A stretch of 63,096 nt of DNA, the filler included, from Octopus bimaculoides (lineage: Eukaryota): the NCBI RefSeq assembly GCF_001194135.2. It is 4 parts of 4 records of this genome, joined end to end, with 100 filler letters (N's around TTAATTAATTAA, not from the genome) between each part and the next. Parts side by side here need not be neighbours in the genome. Positions count along the whole stretch, not along the records: positions 1 to 22,489 come from NC_068984.1; 3 more parts are not named here. One strand, 5' to 3'. This document shows, one piece after another, positions 1 through 11,760 of the stretch. The notes below the pieces were generated by a model. It saw only the letters and a list, made by a program, of their open reading frames with translations. It searched no databases and was not told the origin of the DNA. The first letter of the stretch is position 1; each line of letters opens with the position of its first letter. The translations under genes were made by a program, and so were the position numbers.

Positions 1-57
1 TATTTTATTTTATATTATATATTGTATATTATATTATATATTGTATATTCCATATTT

Positions 58-150
58 GGTTGGCCCTAAGTTATAGCAGAAGACACTTGCCCAAGGTGCC
101 ACACTGTGAATCCGGAACCATGTGGTCGGGAAACAAATTTCTTACTACAC
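58..150 (-). mobile_element. SINE fragment (tRNA head/CORE-like part)
   Basis: GAAGACACTTGCCCAAGGTGCCAC...GAACCATGTGG is the reverse complement of the SINE head seen at 21940-22010 and 53910-53990. Confidence 0.6.
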
Positions 151-1045
151 ATTCACGTCTCTACCTACATACATATATTGTATCTTGAGGGACATTTTGC
201 TAATATTTCAAGCTGACCAGTGTCCACGTAGAAACTTTCTAGTATTCCAGTCACGACCATTTCATCTATTTAGAAGTATACGTAGAACTACATTTCCCAA
301 GATGCGATTTTCTCTTCCAAAACCGAACTGCGATATGAGGGAGATTTGGATGCTTTTTCCAGCAGATCTCGAGACAACATAAAATACCTCTTGTTACCTC
401 GTGCTTCCTTGCTGACATTTTAGTTACAGAAAAATGAGAAAGGACAATGCTCAGCATTTTCTTTCATTCCCCCACTTTTTTTTTTTAATGTTTTTCTCAA
501 ATTTTGTGAGAATGATTGTAGGGCAGTTTGAGTGGAAACTGTTTCATATAATACTGAAACTGAGGTCAATTACTCATATAGGATTGGAGTTGATGTATTT
601 AAAAAACAGGATGACTATTGTGAGACGAATTTCGTTTCCTCTTCAACTAAATTTGTTAAGTTCTTTATTCCTTTGGACAGAGAAACGAGACGAGCTTTAT
701 AACAGTTATTGTGAGTCATTGTTTTCCAAATATACAAACAAATATGTATTCGTTTATGTTGATGTGTAAGTGCGTGCTTCTGCCTGTCTATCTGTCAGTC
801 TGTCTGTCTGTCTGTCTGTCTGTATGTATGTATGTATGTATGTACGTACGTATGTATGTATGTATGTATGTATATATGTATGCATGCATGTATGTGTCTA
901 TCTATCTGTGTGTCAATATATATTTAAATATATATATACATATATAATTAATTTTAAAAAACGGAGAAAAAAAGAAAAAATAACAACAACGTGAGGACGT
1001 GATACAGATTGTGTTACTAGACGCTCGGGAAAGGAAAGAAAGAGA

Positions 1046-1080
1046 ACTTGACGTTTCGAGCGGAGCTCTTCGTCGGAAAC
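1046..1080 (-). ncRNA. Minimal hammerhead-like motif (same repeat family as 8496)
   Basis: Minus strand GTTT-CCGACGA-A-GAGC-TCC-GCTC-GAAA-CGT-C-AAGT. The flanking ~120 bp aligns by eye with 8480-8610. Confidence 0.55.
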
Positions 1081-1399
1081 AAAGAAAGTCCAAAGAAAGG
1101 AAAGACGGAGGAAGAAAAATACATATATATGTATGTGTCTGTGTGTGTGTGTATGTGTGTGTGTGTGTGCATTATTAAATAATGAATCGCATGGTATATG
1201 CCTTGTAGCTTACCGCCAAAGCAGGTTCACTTTCAGTGTTCGTTGGGTATTTGATTAATGTGAAATTCGGAAAATGGAAGATACGAGAATGCTTATTAAT
1301 CACTAACAATTGTTTCGACCCATCTAGCATCGACCCTTATATGTCGGATACTTAACAACTGGTTTAGGAGTATCTGTCGGTGAAGATGCCTCTGTTCGG

Positions 1400-1800
1400 G
1401 TGATAATAAGATGTATCTCATTAAAATAACGACTGTTCCTCAAAATATCTTCTCGGTTTGTGTATAGAAAAGCAGCAGATTAATGGATGCATTGGGGCAA
1501 TTGTTGATTCATTCAAGAATTGTTATTTCAACCATGTCGCCAGCTTCAGGAAAATCAACAAGAAGCATTCAACATCTTTGCCTGATTTTGTGTGGCGACT
1601 TAAGGAAGATCAAATCAAATATGATCTAACTTGTACATAATAAGACACGCACAAACATATAATAACCAATCCAGGAGATGCAGACCCTGCACCGGGGAAT
1701 ACCTGTCTATTTTGTGGACCAATGAGATCATTAATTGAATTTCTAAAAGACTCTCAAGATTAATGCACTTTCGGACAATGCTGTGGGAATGAATTTGAGT
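1400..1800 (+). mobile_element. Penelope-like element, GIY-YIG endonuclease C-terminal remnant
   Basis: Translation CIGAIVDSFKNCYFNHVASFRKINKKHSTSLPDFVWRLKEDQIKYDL matches the recalled PLE pattern YIG...FK.RY.NH..SF....ST.LS..VW.LK. Confidence 0.7.
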
Positions 1801-2749
1801 AACTGTTTCTCAAATTAGTAATCATAATTTACCTTAAAGTATGGATGAGTTAAATTTTACTCTAGCCTCCCCATTCTTGTAAACACGAAATAACTATTTA
1901 ATTCCTTGTGTGAGCGTGCATGCGCCAAACCAATCGTGGGCATATGCTTATATCATCGTGAGTGTTTGTACTTGCGAGTGTACGTGCACCACACAATTTA
2001 AGCGAAGGCGTTTATACATCCATATTTGTTAACAGTTATATTGAATACATTTTTCGCTGTATTGTGCATTCGTTTCGTTTTACATTTGTTATTTATTATT
2101 GATCTTCTATAAGAATGAAGTTGTATCCCTTAATTTGTTTTTCTGTACAAAAACCGAGAAGATATCTTNNNNNNNNNNNNNNNNNNNNNNNNNNNNNNNN
2201 NNNNNNNNNNNNNNNNNNNNNNNNNNNNNNNNNNNNNNNNNNNNNNNNNNNNNNNNNNNNNNNNNNNNNNNNNNNNNNNNNNNNNNNNNNNNNNNNNNNN
2301 NNNNNNNNNNNNNNNNNNNNNNNNNNNNNNNNNNNNNNNNNNNNNNNNNNNNNNNNNNNNNNNNNNNNNNNNNNNNNNNNNNNNNNNNNNNNNNNNNNNN
2401 NNNNNNNNNNNNNNNNNNNNNNNNNNNNNNNNNNNNNNNNNNNNNNNNNNNNNNNNNNNNNNNNNNNNNNNNNNNNNNNNNNNNNNNNNNNNNNNNNNNN
2501 NNNNNNNNNNNNNNNNNNNNNNNNNNNNNNNNNNNNNNNNNNNNNNNNNNNNNNNNNNNNNNNNNNNNNNNNNNNNNNNNNNNNNNNNNNNNNNNNNNNN
2601 NNNNNNNNNNNNNNNNNNNNNNNNNNNNNNNNNNNNNNNNNNNNNNNNNNNNNNNNNNNNNNNNNNNNNNNNNNNNNNNNNNNNNNNNNNNNNNNNNNNN
2701 NNNNNNNNNNNNNNNNNNNNNNNNNNNNNNNNNNNNNNNTATATATATG

Positions 2750-2808
<59 letters not shown>

Positions 2809-2809
2809 A

Positions 2810-3005
2810 TGTGTTTGTGCGTGTTTGTGTGTCTGTTTGTCCCCCTACCAATGCTTAACAACCGATGTTGGTGTATTTAAATCCCTGTAATTAGCGGTTC
2901 AGCAAAAGAGACCGATAGAATAAGTGCTACGCTTACAAAGAGTAAGTCCTAGAGTCGAGTTGTTCGTCTAAAGGTGGTGTTCCAGCAGGGCCACAGTCAA
3001 ATGAC
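2810..3005 (+). mobile_element. SINE 3' half following an internal microsatellite
   Basis: ACAACCGATGTTGGTG...GCAAAAGAGACCGATAGAATAAG...CAGTCAAATGACT. Recurs at 41540-41739, 54050-54118, and inverted at 22350-22475 and 62630-62815. Confidence 0.75.
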
Positions 3006-3568
3006 TATGTATGTATGTATGTATGTATATGTATGAATATATGAATGTATATATGTATGTATACACACACACATACACACTCATGTACACGCACTCTTTT
3101 ACTCGTTTTAGCCATTAGAATGTAGGTGTACTGGAGCATCACCTTCTGGGTTAATCGAACAGATTGACCCAGTCTATATTTTAAGTCAGATATTTATTAT
3201 ATCGATATCTTTACGAACCGTTACATCATGAGAATGAAAAAGAAAAAAAGAAAGTATATTTAATATCAATATGTTGTACTCAGTAAGTATTTCGAGGATC
3301 GTAAGTTCGATAAAAAAATTACATCTGTTGAAATTGATTTTAAATGTTTAAAAAAACACTCAACCAGTGGAAAGTGCGTTGACCTGCCATAAGTGAGGGG
3401 GAAAATTGTACTATGCCTTAATGTTTTGTCTTTTTATATTTTAGACGTTATGATATAGTTTAAGGAAGATTCGGCTGTTATTTCTAGCAGGTCAAGGGAC
3501 CACGTAAAGGTTTCGTGTTGGCTGATCTCTGTGCCAATGGAGATCAACATACACGATATGTTAATAAT

Positions 3569-3957
3569 TGTTGCTGTTGGCACTCCGTTGCTTACGACGT
3601 CGAGGGTCCCAGTTGATCCAATCAACGGAACAGCCTGCTAGTGAAATTAACGTGCAAGTGGCTGAGCACTCCACAGACACATGTACCCTTAATGTAGTTC
3701 TCGGGGATATTCAGCGTGACACAGTGTGACAAGGCTGACCCTTTGAATTACAGGCACAACAGAAACAGGAAGTAAGAGTGAGAGAAAGTTGTGGTGAAAG
3801 AGTACAGCAGGGTTCGCCACCATCCCCTGCCAGAGCCTCGTGGAGCTTTAGGTGTCTTCACTCAATAAACACTCACAACTCCCGGTCTGGAAACCGAAAC
3901 CGCGATCCTATGACCGCGTGTCCGCTGCCCTAACCACTGGGCCATTGCGCCTCCACT
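3569..3957 (-). mobile_element. Full-length tRNA-derived SINE with 10-bp TSD
   Basis: Minus-strand head GTGGAGGCGCAATGGCCCAGTGGTTAGG (A box) followed by a B-box-like GGTTTCGGTTTCC. Flanked by TGTTAATAAT at 3559-3568 and 3958-3967. Confidence 0.85.
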
Positions 3958-4109
3958 TGTTAATAATAGAGTTGGGCTAAAATACTTAAATTAAAATGCG
4001 CTTTATTAAATTCTAGAAAAAAATATGAATAGATTTTTTATCATTAGCATGAAAAACCACATCAGAACTACTTATAAAATAAAAAATAATCTGGTGAAAA
4101 GTTGAAAAA

Positions 4110-4700
4110 TAGTGGAAAGGAATTTAACAAGATCCAAAATATCTGACAATAGAAAAGAAATTAAGTCACGTGCTCAAGGAGTTATTCTGACAGTTGCTCA
4201 GTCCTTACTTTATCGTAGATCTAATGTGATGCTTAAAATGGTACAGCTCTTGGGGTGCATGGGTCGTAAAGTATATGACCAGGCTTCTCAAGTTTTCCAC
4301 AAGCAGAAAGTCAACATCAAATTCGAAAATATTATGTCAGTTGCAAATGATGCAGTGTTTGACGAAGTCATTTCAGATGGTATGTTTGAGTTGTTAGAGC
4401 CCCGTAGAGAATGTTTGTCTAACGCGGAACTTATGCTCTTGGAACAAATGCAAACTGAGCATACCGAGGAGAATATGGAAATTCCTTCACCTTCCTTTAA
4501 ATTGACTGCAAAGAATATTGTTAAAGAGTTGGCGCTTGTTGAAGAAGGTCTGCAAGTTTTGCAGTAACAACCCTAATCGTGAACGTTTCATAAAAATTAA
4601 AAAGAAGTGTTTACAAAAGGCTCAGTCCTGCATTGAGCTGTAAATGAGATGATGTACTGTAAACATCAAACAATTTTGGATAAGTTCTTCGCTCCTAACG
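4110..4700 (+). mobile_element. Tigger/pogo-like DNA transposase C-terminal remnant
   Basis: ORF 4112-4567 ...FELLEPRRECLSNAELMLLEQ...KLTAKNIVKELALVEEGLQVL, continuing after stops to KHQTILDKFF; typical Tigger1-like tail. Confidence 0.75.
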
Positions 4701-7083
4701 TATTTCGCCAAGTTTCTAAATTTGTTATAATAACCAAAATAGTATTGTTTTTTCCAGATATATTTGCGGGTATTGTGAGTGGTGTTAAATCAACCAAATC
4801 TTCATGTTGGTAGTACTTGAAAGTGAACGTTGCTGTTTGTTTGAAGTCCAGGCCGCAAGTAAATTTTCAATATCGGCGCGTTTCACTGTTGTGGGGTGGC
4901 GAGTTACAAGTATAAACTAAGAGACACATACACTCACGTACATTAACGCACACCTGAAGCCTATCTCTGTCCCTGTGTGTGTCTATCTCTGTCTTTAGAT
5001 GTGTGTGTACGTGTATGTATGTGTCAGTCGTCACAAAAATGTATACATAGTGACAGACACATACACCATGACACACATATACTTGTCAGTCATCGGCCTA
5101 ACGTAGGTAACGAAAGTGCGAACACGCTCATATAGAAAATGTGACGTCATCGTCGTTGTGATGATAATATAGAATGTCGTTTACGATAGGTGACTAAAAG
5201 ATAAATGATAATGTTAAATTTTTGTAATGCAAATATGTGAATCAAAATATAGTTTAGTTGATAGCCAAAAGCTTACTGAATCTTTTGATACCCCTTATGT
5301 GAAAATCAGCAACTCGGTTTTGGAATGCATAAGGAACATACGCGCGCACGCGTACATACACACACAAACTCTCTTTTATAGTTATTTTATTGTTATAGAA
5401 TATAGTTATATATATNNNNNNNNNNNNNNNNNNNNNNNNNNNNNNNNNNNNNNNNNNNNNNNNNNNNNNNNNNNNNNNNNNNNNNNNNNNNNNNNNNNNN
5501 NNNNNNNNNNNNNNNNNNNNNNNNNNNNNNNNNNNNNNNNNNNNNNNNNNNNNNNNNNNNNNNNNNNNNNNNNNNNNNNNNNNNNNNNNNNNNNNNNNNN
5601 NNNNNNNNNNNNNNNNNNNNNNNNNNNNNNNNNNNNNNNNNNNNNNNNNNTATATATGTATATATACATGTTTATATATATATCTTTATATATATGAATG
5701 TGCGCGCGCGTGTGCATAAGTGTGCGTGGAAAAGATAATATAAGAAAAAAATTATATTCTTCGGATAGGAATAAATGAAGCTGAAAGATGATAAACCATC
5801 GTTTCATGAAGAAACATTCCTAGACCGTTCCAGTATACCAATATCGAAATACTGCACTAAATGACAGAAGCTGTTTCCTGAACCAAATTAAATTACTTAG
5901 CTAGAAACAGATAAGTTGGTTTGACAGCCGGAAATTCTATCATAGAACAGTAAATAGACTATGAGGATTTCATGTCATAACTAATGAACGAGTAATTAAG
6001 AGTCACCATATTAATTTTTTTTAATTTTTGCCACAGATTTTCAGGTCATTTGTCATCTACTAAAATTAACTACCACATCGAAGTTAGTAACCAGCTGTCT
6101 CATAATCGGATATTGTTTGTTTGATCACTCCTTCTCAACTATTCAATTTCCCTTTGTCCTTCGTACGTCATTGGTCTTTTTGCATTTGTTTTTTTTTCTT
6201 TGTTTATTTTGTTATATTAAAGCAACGAACTACAAGATCAGAGGAAAGAAAGAAACCTAGCGTTTTGTTGACAGACGAGTCAATAAAACTTCGTAACAGT
6301 AGTTAAAGCTTAAAAGAATGTGTGAGGAGTGGTGATTATGTCGGCTTAGATGTAAAAACAACGGTGTTAATATTTTCATGCTGATAGGAATCTGCTATTC
6401 TCTGGTTTTATTCTAACTGCTCTGTGATAGTTTCTTCATCGTTGTTAATTGATAATTTCCAATAAATATGCTACTTCGACAACACTAGAACTGTATCGTC
6501 CTCTCACCCCTCCGTTATACATCGTTTTCACATCCCATGGATACCTACTATGTCTGACTGCTTGCTTGTTTTATAGACTCAGCTGTAGTTCTTGATAAAA
6601 TTGCACTGAATATCTATGAAGACCATTAGGCAATCTTTACTTGATTTACACATTGACAAATAAAGTGGCCTGATAGATAGTTGGCTCGTTCATTCGTTGA
6701 TTGGTTGGCTGGATAGATGGAAAGATGGATAGTGTGAGAAAGGCAGCGAGTGTGAGAGATAAGCAATGAGACGAACAAATCATGAAACATTTCTTTCAGT
6801 CACTCACCGTGAGTGAGTGTGTGAAAGAAAACCGAAAAGTGTGATGGATGGCAAGTATTAGAAAAGTAATTTCTTCTCTCTATCTTCTGAAACAAGAGAG
6901 TGATCATACACCTTACTGAACCTTCAATTTGTCCTGTAACATGATTTGGTTATTCTCACAGAAAGTTGTTGTGTGTGTGCGTGTTTCGTTTGATTTTTCT
7001 GTAATTTTTTCATGAATAACGATCAATCCCAAAGTAATTTTCCTTTGTTTTAACGGTAATTTTCACAGCATTTTTTTTCGATG

Positions 7084-7153
7084 GCCTGATAACTGAAGCG
7101 ATGCCGGCGTGGGTTTTCGCCCCGACATCCGAAACTCGGAGTTTTATCATGGC
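7084..7153 (+). ncRNA. Type I hammerhead-ribozyme-like motif
   Basis: GCC-TGATAA / CTGAAGC / long stem II GATG...CATC / C-GAAA / stem III ACT-cgg-AGT / H17=T / TTATCA-t-GGC. All three helices can be drawn; the core deviates near position 9. Confidence 0.55.
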
Positions 7154-8048
7154 TACCGAATAATTGTCACATATTATATTTACAGATAAATTCCTCTATT
7201 TACATAATATCGAGGTCTCTTTCATTCTTTTGTTGTCTTGCCATTTCTATCAAAATATATATATATATATATANNNNNNNNNNNNNNNNNNNNNNNNNNN
7301 NNNNNNNNNNNNNNNNNNNNNNNNNNNNNNNNNNNNNNNNNNNNNNNNNNNNNNNNNNNNNNNNNNNNNNNNNNNNNNNNNNNNNNNNNNNNNNNNNNNN
7401 NNNNNNNNNNNNNNNNNNNNNNNNNNNNNNNNNNNNNNNNNNNNNNNNNNNNNNNNNNNNNNNNNNNNNNNNNNNNNNNNNNNNNNNNNNNNNNNNNNNN
7501 NNNNNNNNNNNNNNNNNNNNNNNNNNNNNNNNNNNNNNNNNNNNNNNNNNNNNNNNNNNNNNNNNNNNNNNNNNNNNNNNNNNNNNNNNNNNNNNNNNNN
7601 NNNNNNNNNNNNNNNNNNNNNNNNNNNNNNNNNNNNNNNNNNNNNNNNNNNNNNNNNNNNNNNNNNNNNNNNNNNNNNNNNNNNNNNNNNNNNNNNNNNN
7701 NNNNNNNNNNNNNNNNNNNNNNNNNNNNNNNNNNNNNNNNNNNNNNNNNNNNNNNNNNNNNNNNNNNNNNNNNNNNNNNNNNNNNNNNNNNNNNNNNNNN
7801 NNNNNNNNNNNNNNNNNNNNNNNNNNNNNNNNNNNNNNNNNNNNNNNNNNNNNNNNNNNNNNNNNNNNNNNNNNNNNNNNNNNNNNNNNNNNNNNNNNNN
7901 NNNNNNNNNNNNNNNNNNNNNNNNNNNNNNNNNNNNNNNNNNNNNNNNNNNNNNNNNNNNNNNNNNNNNNNNNNNNNNNNNNNNNNNNNNNNNNNNNNNN
8001 NNNNNNNNNNNNNNNNNNNNNNNNNNNNNNNNNNNNNNNNNNNNNNNN

Positions 8049-8230
8049 TGGCTGGATTTTAGCTTGAGCCAAGATCCGTTTGAGCTGGTCTTTAAAATGG
8101 AACATCGGACCTCCTCCGGGTCTTGTTCCGATTGCAAGTCCTCCGCCCAAAACGTTGCTCTTTCAGAAAACGGAAAAATAGTTTCCCCATTCCATAACAA
8201 ATCCATTGTACTACACTTTGACAATTTTTG
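8049..8230 (-). mobile_element. RTE-clade LINE, ORF C-terminal remnant
   Basis: GLAIGTRPGGGPMFHFKDQLKRILAQAKIQP resembles the RTE/BovB terminal motif GEL..G.R..GG...R(F/Y)KD.LK..L. Confidence 0.6.
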
Positions 8231-8495
8231 ATACCTTGGCATCTGAAGTAGCCGGAGATACGATAGTTTGACTAAAAGAACCGGTTGTTGCAAGCAAAAA
8301 TAAATACTGAAAAAAAAAATGCATTTGGCCAAATTTGGACATAGAACAGTTTAACATGATAGCAACGATATGTGTGCGTGTATGTGTGTGTGTGTGGAGA
8401 GAGAGAGTGAGAGAGAGAGAGAGAGAAAGATAGATATATGTATGTGTATTTATACATATATATATCGTGAAAATAAGTTGATGGACTTGTTCTAT

Positions 8496-8530
8496 ATTTC
8501 TGATGAAGAGCTCCGCTCGAAACGTGAAAT
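8496..8530 (+). ncRNA. Minimal hammerhead-like motif (Penelope-associated type)
   Basis: ATTT-CTGATGA-A-GAGC-TCC-GCTC-GAAA-CGT-G-AAAT. Stem I ATTT/AAAT, stem II GAGC/GCTC, palindromic ACGT stem III. Confidence 0.65.
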
Positions 8531-9199
8531 CTTCTTTCTTTGCTTTCCTTTCCTGAGCGTCCAATAACACTGTACTTATTCCACGTCTTCGCGTTCTTGT
8601 TTTTTCTTGCTTGTTCATGTTTGGATTGACTATATATATATATATATNNNNNNNNNNNNNNNNNNNNNNNNNNNNNNNNNNNNNNNNNNNNNNNNNNNNN
8701 NNNNNNNNNNNNNNNNNNNNNNNNNNNNNNNNNNNNNNNNNNNNNNNNNNNNNNNNNNNNNNNNNNNNNNNNNNNNNNNNNNNNNNNNNNNNNNNNNNNN
8801 NNNNNNNNNNNNNNNNNNNNNNNNNNNNNNNNNNNNNNNNNNNNNNNNNNNNNNNNNNNNNNNNNNNNNNNNNNNNNNNNNNNNNNNNNNNNNNNNNNNN
8901 NNNNNNNNNNNNNNNNNNNNNNNNNNNNNNNNNNNNNNNNATATATATATATATATATGAATGCATGAATGGGTGAGTAAATATGTGTTTAGATATTAAA
9001 GATTTGAGTATTTTTTTCTCTCAATTCTAGAAGGCAGTAATTTTCAAGATTATTTGAAAAAAAGAATTTGTAGTGTTTACGCATGTTTTATCTTCTGATA
9101 AAACTGAAAAATCTTTGCAGCTGTAATATTAGGAAATATAACAGGCTTCTATATAATAACGTAACTAGCGTATATAAAACTGTTGTATCGCACGTTCGA

Positions 9200-9600
9200 C
9201 GTACGATATCACGGGATAATAATAATGTCCTTGCAAATAGTTCTACTCAAGACACTGGTAATAACCCTCGACAATACTCAATCTCGGCTTTACTCAGCGC
9301 TACACCACTGAAGGCTTTCTGCGTATGTCCATTTATATTTTGGCACAGTCCATTAGGAGCCAACCAATAGGGGTGTTCTACTTCTACGCAACAAAAACAT
9401 AGCTCTAAAGATAACACAACTTACAGCTGAACTAATCGAGAAATGAAGGAAATAGCTGATAAGCTCAATACTTAGCCTCTTTCCTATCTCTCTAACACTC
9501 TCAATGACCATATATTAAACTTTGAAAGCAACCTGTATATCAATCCTACAAAACCAGAGGTAGGAATAGTCAGCGAGAAAATATTGGGAGCGATAGGTTT
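9200..9600 (+). mobile_element. Penelope-like RT N-terminal remnant
   Basis: TLNDHILNFESNLYINPTKPEVGIVSEKILGAI versus the recalled PLE pattern TLKDHK.NF.N....RLINP.KSEIG..SK.ILD.I. Confidence 0.7.
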
Positions 9601-10199
9601 TAGGGTAAGAGTAGCTTTATATTGTCTTTATTATATTGCACTTCAAAAGCATTAGAATGGGATCGTGAGATAAACGATGTAGATGACTTTTACCCTTTGA
9701 AAACCAAGCTTTTATTGACCAAAGTCTCCGAAGTTCGCAAATATTATTACGGATGATAGAATCTGCCATTAGCATAATTATGAATATGAAACGAATTAAA
9801 CCTCGCCTGCGTAATGAAGGATTTAAGCAATGTGGTGATTGCTGTTTTTGCAATTTTTATTGCTATTGTTGCTAAACATGTTTTAGTAGTTGCTTGTGCA
9901 ATGCTTGGGTAATCTTCATTGACTAAACCTATGATCACAAGCATTCCAACCGTGACCATCACTCTTTTTATGGATATTTCTAGAAATGCATTATCTAATG
10001 TATATTCTCAGTTGTCAAAATTGTCGATCATAAATTGAGTAAGATCTAACTGCTATTTCTAACAGGTCGAGCAACCAAGTAGAGCCTCCTTCAATGGTTT
10101 TATTGCTGTGTGGTTTCCAAGTCAGCTCTAATTGTATAGAGACGTTCCGTCTATGGCCATTCCAAAGGAAGAAGGAAAGATGGAAGGAAAAAAAAGGAA

Positions 10200-10373
10200 T
10201 GCGAAAACGTATGAGAAAGAGGAGAGAAAGAAAAAGTATGAGAAAGAGAAAGGGAAATGAATGAACTAAAGAGAATGAAATAAGGATGCACAAGAAAGAA
10301 AAGAAAAGAAAAGAAAAGAAAGGAAATAATGAAAGGAAAGAAATTAGAGACGAAAGAAAGAATGAAAGAACGA

Positions 10374-10404
<31 letters not shown>

Positions 10405-10510
10405 GGTTAATAGAACAGAAATATGAAAGTTTCTCTGATGTAAAGGGAATGAAAACAGAAAAGAAAGAAATAAAGAAATAAGAAAAAAGGGTGAGGATGG
10501 GAATGTGATG

Positions 10511-10547
<37 letters not shown>

Positions 10548-11469
10548 AAGGCTGGTGAGAGTAGTAGTAATAGAGGTGTTGCTGTTGTTGATGGTGGTGG
10601 TGGTGCTAGTGGTGGTGGTGGTGTACGGAATAAAGGATCTAATTAAGTAACTTCAGTCGGTAATTTTCGGTACATACGGAATGGTTCTGGAGAATTCCTT
10701 TAACCCTGTCAGCAACAATGGTTTGTTCAGATGGTGTTCATATTGATGGTGGTGGTGGTGAGTAGTTAAGGTAGGGGTGATGTTGGTTTTGTTGTTGTTG
10801 TTGTTGTTGTTGTGTTGCAGAAGGTGTTGCTGATTGTGATAGTTGTAATCGTGGTGGCGGTTGCGGTGGCGGCGGCGGCGGCGGCAATGGTAGCCCTGGT
10901 GATGATGGTGTTGGTGGTGGTGGTGGTGGAGGTGCAGGTTGTGATTATACTTTCAAGTCATCACGGTCAGGTTAATATTATTCGTGATAGTGCTCAGGTT
11001 GTTACAGCTGTTTAGCCCTAGGTTACGCCTGACTGAGCAAAGTTATGATCAGAGGTGTTCAAGCATTGATCATCCACATTTCTTTTATAATTCATACTAT
11101 TCTCCGGATTGCATTATCCAATGTGTCCTATTTTAAAGGATTTGTGAGAGATTCGACTACTATTTCTAGTAAGTAGAGCGGTCCTTGTTGAGGAGGTAGT
11201 ATAACGAGGTGTTAATATCTAATATTTATAGTAGTAACATTGACGTGGTAGTGATTCTGTATGGGTGATAGTAGCTAAAGTGGTGATGTTTGGCGCGAGA
11301 AATTAAAAGTAATAGTTTAGGGGGCACATGTACTGCTGAGGTGGTAGTGATGGTGGTGGTTGCTATAATGATGAAGGCAATAATATTAATGATGGTGGTG
11401 TTGGTGGAAATAGTTGTATTATTAGTAGTAGTAGTTCTAGTAGTAGTAGTTCTAGTAGTAGTTGTAGTC

Positions 11470-11524
<55 letters not shown>

Positions 11525-11760
11525 TAGTAGAAAGGTGGCCGTCTAGGTGGTAATGGCGGTAGTAGTGACGAGTCTGTGATGGTGATGAGTCATTCTCACC
11601 TTTCCAGTAATAATAAACGGTGGAATTTACGAGCAAAGAGAATATTATAGCGTGGAGTTGGTGATGGCGGTGGCAACAGTGGCGGCAGTGTTGGTGGTGA
11701 TGGTGGCAGGGGTGGTGGGTGTGAAGTGTGATGGTGTGGTGGCGATATACGAGAGGGGGA
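10200..11760. repeat. Clustered simple repeats (GAAA, TAG, TGG, TTG, GCG, GCA)
   Basis: Directly visible runs, interleaved with short dispersed-repeat fragments. Confidence 0.9.

Noticed and set aside
190-720. Protein-like frames on both strands (e.g. minus SKEARGNKRYFMLSRDLLEK...)
   Set aside because: No recognisable host domain or partner exons. Plus-strand words (PFHLFRSIRR, RETRRAL) fit a very decayed Penelope remnant at least as well, but too weakly to call.
5142-5149. Perfect CRE palindrome TGACGTCA (also at ~52781)
   Set aside because: An isolated 8-mer with no supporting gene context; the second lies inside a transposon remnant.
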